Shown: piece after piece, positions 9,147-17,862 of the stretch
How positions within the stretch are numbered: position 1 is the first letter of the stretch
Layout of the letters: each line of letters starts with the position of its first letter
Origin: an uncultured Bacteroidales bacterium
Lineage (GTDB): Bacteria; Bacteroidota; Bacteroidia; Bacteroidales; GCA-2748055
NCBI GenBank assembly: GCA_963751705.1
Contig: CAVVVN010000003.1
Span: forward strand, 855,446-919,445
DNA length: 64,000 nt
Direction of reading: 5' to 3'
Notes under the pieces: model-generated
Databases searched by the model: none
What the model was told of the DNA's origin: nothing
The model's input: only the letters and a program-made list of their open reading frames with translations
Translations under genes and position numbers: made by a program

Positions 9147-10919
9147 ATGGCCGAAAAGGGGCTTTTGCATAGGGTTAATCGTTTTAAGATCAGGTATTTA
9201 TCTGGACACAGGTTTCTCTATGTTCTCGCTGCTGTTGTGGGGCTGGCTGTGGGGCTGGCCGCGGTCGTTATCAAAAACCTGGTTCATTTCATTCATGAAG
9301 CATTGCAGCATGGATTTCAGGGCGATAACAGCAAGTATTACATCTTCTTAATTCCCATTGTGGGAATCACGCTCACCGTACTTTTTATAAAGTACATCAA
9401 CAAGCATCCGGTGGGGCACGGGATTCCCAGTGTTCTCTTCGCCATTTCAAAGAACAACGGCATCATCCGGTCTCACAATCTCTATTCCAGCATTATTACC
9501 AGTGCACTGACTGTCGGGTTTGGCGGATCTGTGGGATTGGAAGGGCCTACAGTGGCTACAGGAGGAGCTGTAGGTTCAAATATTGGCCGGGCCCTTAAAC
9601 TGAATTATAAAGAGGTCACGCTGCTGATTTCCTGTGCCTGTGCCGGGGCCCTTTCGGCCATCTTCAAAGCTCCCATTGCCGGAATTGTCTTCGCCCTGGA
9701 GGTTATTATGCTGGATCTCACCATGTGGGCCGTGATTCCCCTGCTGATTGCTTCGGCCACCGCTGCTCTTACCTCCTATCTTTTTTTGGGTCAGAATGTG
9801 CTCTACTCTTTCCAGCTTACGGATCCCTTTTTAATGGGCGAAATCCACTACTACCTGCTGCTTGGAATTCTTACCGGATTGCTTTCCGTCTATTTTACAA
9901 AGAGTTATATACGAATCTCCGGATTATTTGAGAAAATCAAGAGTCCCTGGAAGAGATTGTTTCTGGGCGGCGGGATCCTCGGTTTGATTATCCTGATCTT
10001 TCCACCCCTCTACGGGGAGGGTTACGACATAGTGAATCTTGAGCTGAGGGGAGAATATTTTCATCTCTTTGAAAACAGTTTTTTTGAAGGGTGGCAACAT
10101 AGTTTTGCGCTCCTTGCGGTCTTTATGCTGCTTATCATCGGTTTAAAGGTGATAGCTACCACCGTCACCTTTTCGGCCGGTGGCATCGGAGGTGTTTTTG
10201 CACCAACCCTCTTTATGGGTGCCAATACGGGCCTGCTCTTCGGACTGGTCCTGAATCAGTTGGGGATTGAGGTATCAGTGAGCAATATGGCGCTGGTTGG
10301 GATGGCCGGAATGATTGCAGGTGTGGTTCATGCTCCGCTGACGGCCATTTTTCTGATCGCTGAAATTACAGGGGGTTATGAACTCTTTTTTCCGCTGATG
10401 CTTGCGGCCACCATCTCCTTTGGCACTACCCGCTATTTTGTAAAGAACTCTGTATATACAGTCCAGCTGGCCAAGCGCGGGGAGTTGATGACCCATCACA
10501 AGGACCGCAACATATTGCTGATGATGAAGGTGTCGACCTTGCTGGAAACCAACTTTAAAACGGTCCGTGAAGAAGATACACTCAGAGACCTGGTGGATGT
10601 GATTACCACCTCCAGCAGGAACATATACCCGGTAGTGGATGAAAAGAACAATATGAAAGGCCTGGTAAAACTGGATGATATCAGGCACATCATGTTCAAC
10701 CAGGAGATGTATGACAATATCCTCGTCCGCGATTTAATGCATACCCCTGAGTGGACCATCGAAAGTACAGATCAGATGGAGGAGGTGGCCAGGCAGTTTT
10801 CTGAAAGTGGCCGCTATAATCTTCCAGTTCTGCAGAACGGGAAATATCTTGGATTTGTCTCCCGGGCCAGGGTTTTCTCCTCCTACCGGGAAATGCTGAA
10901 GCACTTTTCGGAGGAATAG
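9147..10919 (+). CDS. ClC-family chloride channel/antiporter with C-terminal CBS pair
   Basis: 590 aa. Selectivity-filter-like motifs GSVGLEGP and GGIGGVFAP, multiple TM helices, and a CBS-like tail. Confidence 0.9.
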   Translation: MAEKGLLHRVNRFKIRYLSGHRFLYVLAAVVGLAVGLAAVVIKNLVHFIHEALQHGFQGDNSKYYIFLIPIVGITLTVLFIKYINKHPVGHGIPSVLFAISKNNGIIRSHNLYSSIITSALTVGFGGSVGLEGPTVATGGAVGSNIGRALKLNYKEVTLLISCACAGALSAIFKAPIAGIVFALEVIMLDLTMWAVIPLLIASATAALTSYLFLGQNVLYSFQLTDPFLMGEIHYYLLLGILTGLLSVYFTKSYIRISGLFEKIKSPWKRLFLGGGILGLIILIFPPLYGEGYDIVNLELRGEYFHLFENSFFEGWQHSFALLAVFMLLIIGLKVIATTVTFSAGGIGGVFAPTLFMGANTGLLFGLVLNQLGIEVSVSNMALVGMAGMIAGVVHAPLTAIFLIAEITGGYELFFPLMLAATISFGTTRYFVKNSVYTVQLAKRGELMTHHKDRNILLMMKVSTLLETNFKTVREEDTLRDLVDVITTSSRNIYPVVDEKNNMKGLVKLDDIRHIMFNQEMYDNILVRDLMHTPEWTIESTDQMEEVARQFSESGRYNLPVLQNGKYLGFVSRARVFSSYREMLKHFSEE

Positions 10920-11057
10920 CTTCCTTAAGCGGGTTTAAGGCCCGGTACACCTGAATAAAAACTCCTTCCTGGCATATCTTCCTGGAATTGGATTTTAAAA
11001 ACATTCTAAATACCAGCCAGCCGGGGTTTTCAACAGACTGCCAAGGGATTATTTACT

Positions 11058-11065
11058 TATGTTTG
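11058..11065 (+). promoter_or_regulatory. Candidate -7 promoter box (TAnnTTTG) for aprB
   Basis: TATGTTTG lies 24 nt upstream of the aprB ATG at 11090, within a 170-nt non-coding leader. Confidence 0.3.
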
Positions 11066-11089
11066 TGCTGATCACCAAGCAAGCAGACT

Positions 11090-11503
11090 ATGCCGAGTTT
11101 TGTAATAAGCGAGAAGTGCGATGGGTGCAAGGCCCAGGATCGTACCGCCTGCCAGTATATCTGTCCCAATGACCTGATGGTACTGGATAAAGAGACCAAT
11201 AAAGCCTATAACAGGGCCGTGGATATGTGCTGGGAGTGTTACTCCTGTGTGAAAATTTGTCCCACCCAGGCCATTGAGGTCAGGGGCTATGCCGATTTTA
11301 TGCCTCTGGGAGGGGTGGTTCAGCCTCTGAGAAGTTCCGACTCCATCATGTGGGCAGTCAGGTTCCGGAACAAGGTGGTAAAACGCTTCAAGTTTCCCAT
11401 CCGGACCACTGCCGAAGGATCCATTGATCCGGATGCCGGTTTTAGCACCGGAACAGAGGACCTGAAATCACCGGTACTGAGAACTGAACCCGATTCCCTC
11501 TAA
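11090..11503 (+). CDS. aprB: Adenylylsulfate (APS) reductase beta subunit
   Basis: 137 aa starting MPSFVISEKCDGCKAQDRTACQYICPNDLM. The second cluster motif is CWECYSCVKICP, followed by an AprB-type C-terminal tail. Confidence 0.9.
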   Translation: MPSFVISEKCDGCKAQDRTACQYICPNDLMVLDKETNKAYNRAVDMCWECYSCVKICPTQAIEVRGYADFMPLGGVVQPLRSSDSIMWAVRFRNKVVKRFKFPIRTTAEGSIDPDAGFSTGTEDLKSPVLRTEPDSL

Positions 11504-11519
11504 TAAAAATTCCTGAGCA

Positions 11520-13397
11520 ATGAATGCAGATAGAATGGAAACTGTAGTGGTGGAGACCGACCTCCTGATCCTGGGTGGTGGCATGGCGGCCTGTGGGGCA
11601 GCCTATGAAGCCTCCTATTGGGCAAAAAGACATAAACAACGTGTGACCCTGGTGGATAAAGCGGCCATGGAACGCAGCGGAGCTGTTGCTATGGGACTTT
11701 CGGCCATCAATCTTTACCTGGGGGTGAGCAAGGGGAATAATACCGTGGATGAGTATGTTAATTATGTGAAGAATGATTTGATGGGAATTGCCCGGAAGGA
11801 CCTGGTAGCCAATATTGCGCGTCACGTGGACTCCTCCGTTCACCTCTTTGAGAAGTGGGGCCTGCCCATCTGGAAGGATGAGGAGGGCAACTATGTGAAT
11901 GAAGGCAGATGGCAGATCATGATTCATGGGGAATCCTACAAGAATATTGTATCTGAAGCGGCCAAAAGTGCCCTGAAGGAACTTGGAGAGGACGGGACCT
12001 ACTATGAACGCATTTTTATCACAGAACCCCTTATGTTCAATGATCGTTGTGTGGGTGCGGTGGGATTCAGTGTCAGGGACAATCTATTTTATGTGTTCAA
12101 AGCCAAAGCAGTACTGGATGTGATGGGCGGTGCTGTGCATGTTTTCAGGCCCCGCTCGGTGGGTGAGGGACTGGGAAGGTCCTGGTATCCTCCCTTTAAC
12201 AGCGGAGCCAGTACCTATTTCACCCTGAAAGCCGGTGCTGAAATGACTTGCCAGGAGGTTCGCTTTGTCCCGGTCCGGTTTAAGGATGCCTACGGACCCG
12301 TAGGTGCATGGTTCCTGTTATTTAAGGCCAAGGCTACCAATGGCAAAGGGGAAGATTATATGGAGACCCGGGCAGCGGAACTTGAAAACTGGGCCCCTTA
12401 CGGGACCTCCAAGCCCACCCCGGCGAATCTGCGCAATTACCTGATGCTGCTTGAACTGGAAGAGGGGAATGGCCCTATCTATATGCGAACCGATGAAGCC
12501 ATTCAAAAGCTTGTGGCGGAGATCCCGGATGAGAAGGAGGCAAAACGAAAAATGAAGGAATTGGAATCTGAAGCCTGGGAAGACTTTCTGGACATGACCG
12601 TGAGCCAGGCACTGAGCTGGGCCTCTCATAATGTCATGCCCGAACAAACTCCTTCAGAGATATCTGCCTGCGAACCCTACTTCATCAGCTCCCATTCAGG
12701 CGCCTCCGGTGCCTGGGTGAGCGGTCCTAAGGACCTGGCTCCGGACGAACACCACTGGGGATATGATAATATGACCTCTGTGAAAGGGCTCTTTGCTGCC
12801 GGGGATGCATCCGGAGCTTCTTCGCACAAGTTCTCTTCCGGATCATTTACCGAGGGGCGGATTGCAGGCAAAGCCGCCATAGCTTTTTGTTTGGATCATC
12901 CCGAACCCTTTGAGATTGGCGAAGATCAGATTGCCGTATTAAAAGAGAAGGTCCTGCAACCCTTGAAGATCTTCGAAGAACACAGCGGATACACCAACGA
13001 TGAGGATGTCAATCCCCACTATATCAAACCCAGAATGTTTATGTTTCGCCTCCAAAAGCTTATGGATGAATATGCAGGAGGGGCTTCGGTTGGCTTTAAA
13101 ACTTCAGAAGCGCTGCTGACCAAGGGGCTGGAGTATTTGCAGTTTATGAAAGAGGATGCAGAGAAGCTGGCGGCAGGGGATCTGAACGAGCTCATGCGCT
13201 GCTGGGAAAATATTCACAGAATGTGGCAGGCCGAATCTCATATACGCACCGTACTTTTCAGGGAGGAGACACGCTGGCCAGGTTACTATTTCCGTACAGA
13301 TCATCCAAAGATGAAAGAAGACTGGGAAGCCTTTGCCAATTGCCGCTGGGATCCCGAAACGGGCGAATGGGAGATGATTAAACGTGCCATACTTTAA
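11520..13397 (+). CDS. aprA: Adenylylsulfate (APS) reductase alpha subunit (FAD flavoprotein)
   Basis: 625 aa. VETDLLILGGGMAACGAAYEASYWAK...ERSGAVAMGLSAINLYLG closely follows the AprA N-terminal consensus. It lies directly downstream of aprB. Confidence 0.9.
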   Translation: MNADRMETVVVETDLLILGGGMAACGAAYEASYWAKRHKQRVTLVDKAAMERSGAVAMGLSAINLYLGVSKGNNTVDEYVNYVKNDLMGIARKDLVANIARHVDSSVHLFEKWGLPIWKDEEGNYVNEGRWQIMIHGESYKNIVSEAAKSALKELGEDGTYYERIFITEPLMFNDRCVGAVGFSVRDNLFYVFKAKAVLDVMGGAVHVFRPRSVGEGLGRSWYPPFNSGASTYFTLKAGAEMTCQEVRFVPVRFKDAYGPVGAWFLLFKAKATNGKGEDYMETRAAELENWAPYGTSKPTPANLRNYLMLLELEEGNGPIYMRTDEAIQKLVAEIPDEKEAKRKMKELESEAWEDFLDMTVSQALSWASHNVMPEQTPSEISACEPYFISSHSGASGAWVSGPKDLAPDEHHWGYDNMTSVKGLFAAGDASGASSHKFSSGSFTEGRIAGKAAIAFCLDHPEPFEIGEDQIAVLKEKVLQPLKIFEEHSGYTNDEDVNPHYIKPRMFMFRLQKLMDEYAGGASVGFKTSEALLTKGLEYLQFMKEDAEKLAAGDLNELMRCWENIHRMWQAESHIRTVLFREETRWPGYYFRTDHPKMKEDWEAFANCRWDPETGEWEMIKRAIL

Positions 13398-13409
13398 ACG
13401 AAGTTTATC

Positions 13410-14630
13410 TTGGACTTTCCGACACTGATCATAGGGGGAGGGATAAGTGGAATTACTGCAGCAGTTGAGCTTGCCGAGGCAGGAAAGCAGGTAGTATTAA
13501 TAGAAAAAAAGAACTACCTGGGGGGCAACGTCAGCCAGTTTAATAACTACTTTCCCAAACTCTGCCCGCCCAGCTGTGGCCTGGAGATCAATTTCCGCCG
13601 TATACGTTCCAATCCGCGGATCACCTACTATACCGGTGCTACTCTGAAGAGTATCTGCGGAAGCAAGGGAGATTTCACGGTCAACATTGAGCTGAAGCCC
13701 AGGTTGATCAACAACCATTGCACCGCCTGCGGGAAATGTGCGGAAGTGTGCCCGGTGGAGCGGCCCGAAAAACTGGGAAGAAGTCCCGGGGAGAAGGCCG
13801 CATATATCCATCATGGGCTGGCCTTTCCCATGAAATATACCATTGATCCGGAGGTCTGTAGGGGGGAGGAATGCGGGAAATGCCTGGAGGTATGTAATTA
13901 TTCGGCCATCCAGTTGGATGCCTCTTCCGCAGAGGTGAGTATCCAGGCTGGAAAGATTATCATAGCCACCGGATGGATGCTTTATGATGCCTCCAAGATT
14001 GAAAACTACCACTATCAGGAGGAAGCGGATGTGCTTACGAACCAGGAGTTTGAACATATGCTGGCGGCCTGCACCAGGGAGCACCGGGAGCTGACCAGGC
14101 CATCGGATGGGAAAGTGCCAACCCGCATAGCCTTTGTCCAGTGTGCAGGCTCCAGAGATATAAACCACCTTCCTTACTGTTCTGCTGTTTGCTGTTCTGC
14201 GTCGCTGAAACATGCCCTGACTCTGGAGGCTGAGTATCCGGATATGTTTAGTGAAATCTTTTATATCGACATGAGACTTTCAGGCAGGAATGAAAAACTG
14301 CTGACGAAGGCAGAAGCAAAAGAACGAATAACGCTCACCAAGGGAAAGGTGGGTCGAATTATATCTTCAGAAAGCGGCGAAGGGCTAGTCCTGGAGCTTG
14401 AGGACATAGGCCGGGCAAGGAAACGACAGGAAAGCTTTGATCTGGTGGTACTGGCCATGGGATTAATTCCTGCTCCGCTTGCAAGCGGGCTGGAGCTGAA
14501 TGAGTATGGATTCTGTCTGCCTGAACAGCCTTCGGGAATGATTCCTGCTGCCTGCTGTAAACGTCCCATGGATGTTTCATCATCTGTAAAAGACGCCACT
14601 GCCGCGGCATTAAAAGCGATGAAGAAATGA
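13410..14630 (+). CDS. qmoA: Quinone-interacting membrane-bound oxidoreductase subunit A (HdrA-like flavoprotein)
   Basis: TTG start. FAD fold IIGGGISGITAA and two ferredoxin-type motifs (CTACGKCAEVCP; CGKCLEVC). Position after aprA. Confidence 0.85.
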   Translation: MDFPTLIIGGGISGITAAVELAEAGKQVVLIEKKNYLGGNVSQFNNYFPKLCPPSCGLEINFRRIRSNPRITYYTGATLKSICGSKGDFTVNIELKPRLINNHCTACGKCAEVCPVERPEKLGRSPGEKAAYIHHGLAFPMKYTIDPEVCRGEECGKCLEVCNYSAIQLDASSAEVSIQAGKIIIATGWMLYDASKIENYHYQEEADVLTNQEFEHMLAACTREHRELTRPSDGKVPTRIAFVQCAGSRDINHLPYCSAVCCSASLKHALTLEAEYPDMFSEIFYIDMRLSGRNEKLLTKAEAKERITLTKGKVGRIISSESGEGLVLELEDIGRARKRQESFDLVVLAMGLIPAPLASGLELNEYGFCLPEQPSGMIPAACCKRPMDVSSSVKDATAAALKAMKK

Positions 14631-16741
14631 TGGAGGGGGGTAAAAGAAATATGGCTCTGGCGCTATGTACCGGGTGCAGCATCGGAGAAAGCCTGGATGT
14701 GGATAAGCTGTTTGAAACGGCCCTTGAGCACTGCCAGGGGCTAAGCTGCCTGAAGCATCATTCCCTCTGCTCGGAAGCGGGCCTGGAAGAACTGAACAGG
14801 CTGATCCGGGAGAAAGGGATTGACCGTCTGGCCGTGGCAGCCTGTTCACCCAGGGTGAAGAGTGCCGAATTCGGGCTGGATGGGGTACACACCGAACGGA
14901 TCAATCTGCGGGAGCAGGTAGCCTGGGTGATGGAGCCGGGGCAGGAGGATACTCAAATGTGTGCTGAGGACCAGACGCGGATGATTCTGGCCAAGCTGGG
15001 GACCATCAATGAAATCACTCCCTATATTCCGGAAACTGTCTCTTCTGACATCCTGGTTGTGGGGGGCGGGATTGCAGGACTAACTTCTGCACTGGAGGGT
15101 GCCCGGGCAGGGTTCCGGGTTCATCTGGTGGAGCAAACGGGGCGTCTGGGCGGATATGCCGGAAGGCTCTATAAACTCCTGCCTGAGCGTGAAGAGGCCG
15201 CCACCCTGAAAGAGCCCGATATCCATCTGCTGGTGAAAGAACTCGAGGAGCACCCCGGGGTGGAGATTTACCTGGATACAAGGATTCAGGCCATCTCCGG
15301 CGAACCGGGAAATTTTCATGTATCCCTGGATCATTCAAAGGTTCCTGAATTGAAGGCAGGAGCCATTGTCACGGCCACCGGGTGGAAACCTTATAACACG
15401 GAGAAGCTAAGCTACCTGGCTTATGGATCGCCACGGGTTAAAACCCTGGAGGAATTTGAACTCTTTGTGCAGGAGGAACAGATTCCTGACCGCGTCCTCT
15501 TCATCCTGTGTGCCGGATCGAGGGATGAGCAGCATCTGGCTTACTGCTCCTCCTATTGTTGCGGGGCAGCTTTGAAACAGGCTCTTTATGTGAGGGAGCT
15601 TAACCCCGGGGCCGAGGTCTATATTATTTACCGGGATATCCGGACCATGGGTTTTCAGGAGGAATTCTACAAGATGGTTCAGGCGGATGATGCCATCTTT
15701 ATGACCCAGGGAAAAATCGATACTGTCTCTGAGCGGGGAGACGGGATGGAAGTGACTCTTAGCGAATCGTTGCTGGATGAACGGGTGACCATCAGATCCG
15801 ATATGGTCGTGCTGGCAACGGGCATGGTTCCAAATACCACCGCCGATCTGCAGCTTCAATACCGGCTTGGAAAGGGCCTGCCGGAAATTGAATACGATTT
15901 TTCAGACTCCCATTTTATCTGCTTTCCCTATGAAAGCAGGCGGACCGGGATTTATGCGGCGGGCACGGTCAGGGCTCCCATGGATATGGAGATGAGCAGG
16001 GAAGATGGAAGGGGAGCCATGATGAAGGCCATCCAGGTCATTGAATGCGTTAAACGGGGCGAAGCGGTGCATCCGCGGTCAGGGGATCTTACCTGGCCGG
16101 AACTGTATATGGAACGCTGTACCGATTGCAAGCGTTGCACCGAGGAGTGTCCCTTCGGGAGCTATGATGAAACCGAAAAGGGGACTCCCCTGGCCAATCC
16201 GGCACGTTGCCGGAGATGTGGGATATGTGTGGGATCGTGCCCGGAACGGGTGATTGGTTTCGCAGACTTTAATATTAACAGTGTATCGGCCATGATCAAG
16301 GCCGTATCCATGCCCGATGAGTTTGAGGAAAAGCCCAGGATTCTGGTATTTGTCTGTGAAAATGATGCCTACCCGGCACTGGATGCTGCCGGGATCCACC
16401 ACCTTAACTATAGTCCATTTGTGAGGATCATCCCGGTGCGATGTCTGGGCTCCATCAACAAGGTATGGATCTCCGATGCACTTTCGCATGGCTACGATGG
16501 TATCCTGCAGATTGGATGCAAACCCGGCGATGATTACCAGTGCCACTTTATTCATGGCAGTGAACTGACAGAACAGAGGGGGGAGAATCTACAGGAAACC
16601 CTGGAGACCATGATGCTTGAACCAGAGCGGATCCAGACCAAATTCGTGGAGATCACCGAGCATTTTAAGATAGGGGAGATCATTAACGATTACGTGGAGG
16701 AGATCGAGCTGATGGGTCCGAATCCCTTTAAAAGCATGTAG
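14627..16741 (+). CDS. qmoB: Qmo subunit B (HdrA-like with C-terminal MvhD/FlpD-like domain)
   Basis: 704 aa with a 4-nt overlap onto qmoA. Contains VVGGGIAGLTSA, CTDCKRCTEECP and CRRCGICVGSCP, plus a tail (VFVCENDAYPALD...VRCLGS...) typical of the MvhD-like domain. Confidence 0.85.
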   Translation: MMEGGKRNMALALCTGCSIGESLDVDKLFETALEHCQGLSCLKHHSLCSEAGLEELNRLIREKGIDRLAVAACSPRVKSAEFGLDGVHTERINLREQVAWVMEPGQEDTQMCAEDQTRMILAKLGTINEITPYIPETVSSDILVVGGGIAGLTSALEGARAGFRVHLVEQTGRLGGYAGRLYKLLPEREEAATLKEPDIHLLVKELEEHPGVEIYLDTRIQAISGEPGNFHVSLDHSKVPELKAGAIVTATGWKPYNTEKLSYLAYGSPRVKTLEEFELFVQEEQIPDRVLFILCAGSRDEQHLAYCSSYCCGAALKQALYVRELNPGAEVYIIYRDIRTMGFQEEFYKMVQADDAIFMTQGKIDTVSERGDGMEVTLSESLLDERVTIRSDMVVLATGMVPNTTADLQLQYRLGKGLPEIEYDFSDSHFICFPYESRRTGIYAAGTVRAPMDMEMSREDGRGAMMKAIQVIECVKRGEAVHPRSGDLTWPELYMERCTDCKRCTEECPFGSYDETEKGTPLANPARCRRCGICVGSCPERVIGFADFNINSVSAMIKAVSMPDEFEEKPRILVFVCENDAYPALDAAGIHHLNYSPFVRIIPVRCLGSINKVWISDALSHGYDGILQIGCKPGDDYQCHFIHGSELTEQRGENLQETLETMMLEPERIQTKFVEITEHFKIGEIINDYVEEIELMGPNPFKSM

Positions 16742-16761
16742 ATCAAAGCAGTCAACAGAAT

Positions 16762-17862
16762 ATGAAAGAGGCTTCCATCATACAACCGGACCTGGCGTTC
16801 AAGAGGGAGCTCAGCTGTTTGAGCGGTTCCCAGCTGAATCAGTGTATGCAATGCGGGAACTGTTCAGCCGTCTGTTCGCTGGCGCCGGAAGAAAGACCCT
16901 TTCCCCGGAAGGAGATGATCTGGGCTGGTTGGGGCCTGAAAGATAAATTGATCGGAAACGTGGATATATGGCTCTGCTATCAGTGCGGGGACTGCAGTTC
17001 CTCCTGTCCGCGGGATGTGAAACCAGCCGATGTGATTTCGGCCATCCGTCAGCGTAGCTATGTTCACTATGCCCGGCCCCGGTTCCTGGGCAAGCTGGTA
17101 AACGAGCCGCTCTGGCTTCCTGCTGCCATTGCCATTCCTGTGTTGGTGATTTCTCTGATACTTATGCTGGCCGGAACTTTCAGGATTCCCGAAGGGGCGG
17201 TGGATTATTCGGCCTTCTTTCCACACGCTTTGCTGAATGGAACCTTTTCGGGCATCACCCTCTTTTTTTATCTCCTGGCATCCTTTAGTATTGGAAGATT
17301 CTGGAAGGACATGAAACGCCAGACTCCTCCGGGCGATTCAGCCAGGATTAAGCTACCGGTTTTCAAGGTGCTGGGGGAGGTATTCTCCCATGCTTCGTTC
17401 TCCGGCTGTAAAGCCAGGAAGCTGGGAAAGCTTGCCCATATGCTGCTTTTTTTCGGATTTACCCTCTTGATCCTGGTCACCCTCTATGCCATTTTTGCCA
17501 CCCTGAGCCACAACTACCCGCTTCCCTTTAGCAATCCATTCAAAATCATGGGGAATGCAGCTTCACTGATGATTTATACCGGCTTGGGCATCATGGTAGG
17601 GCAGAGGCTGTTTAACCGGAAAGTGTTTGGCAAAAGCGGGTACGCAGATTGGCTCCTGCTTGTGGCCATCGGCCTGCTGACTCTGTCAGGAACTCTTGTG
17701 GAGGCTGCCCGTTTTGGCAACTGGGCCTGGGCCTACCACCTTTACTTTTTCCACCTGGTGGCGGTCTGGTTTGTGATTATGTATCTTCCATTTACCAAGC
17801 TGGGGCATATCGCCTATCGAAGCGCAGCTTTACTCTATGCGCGCTCCATCCATCGAAAGTAG
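16762..17862 (+). CDS. qmoC: Qmo subunit C (HdrC-like Fe-S domain fused to HdrE-like membrane domain)
   Basis: 366 aa. CMQCGNCSAVC and CYQCGDCSSSCP motifs are followed by about 5-6 hydrophobic helices. Confidence 0.85.
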   Translation: MKEASIIQPDLAFKRELSCLSGSQLNQCMQCGNCSAVCSLAPEERPFPRKEMIWAGWGLKDKLIGNVDIWLCYQCGDCSSSCPRDVKPADVISAIRQRSYVHYARPRFLGKLVNEPLWLPAAIAIPVLVISLILMLAGTFRIPEGAVDYSAFFPHALLNGTFSGITLFFYLLASFSIGRFWKDMKRQTPPGDSARIKLPVFKVLGEVFSHASFSGCKARKLGKLAHMLLFFGFTLLILVTLYAIFATLSHNYPLPFSNPFKIMGNAASLMIYTGLGIMVGQRLFNRKVFGKSGYADWLLLVAIGLLTLSGTLVEAARFGNWAWAYHLYFFHLVAVWFVIMYLPFTKLGHIAYRSAALLYARSIHRK

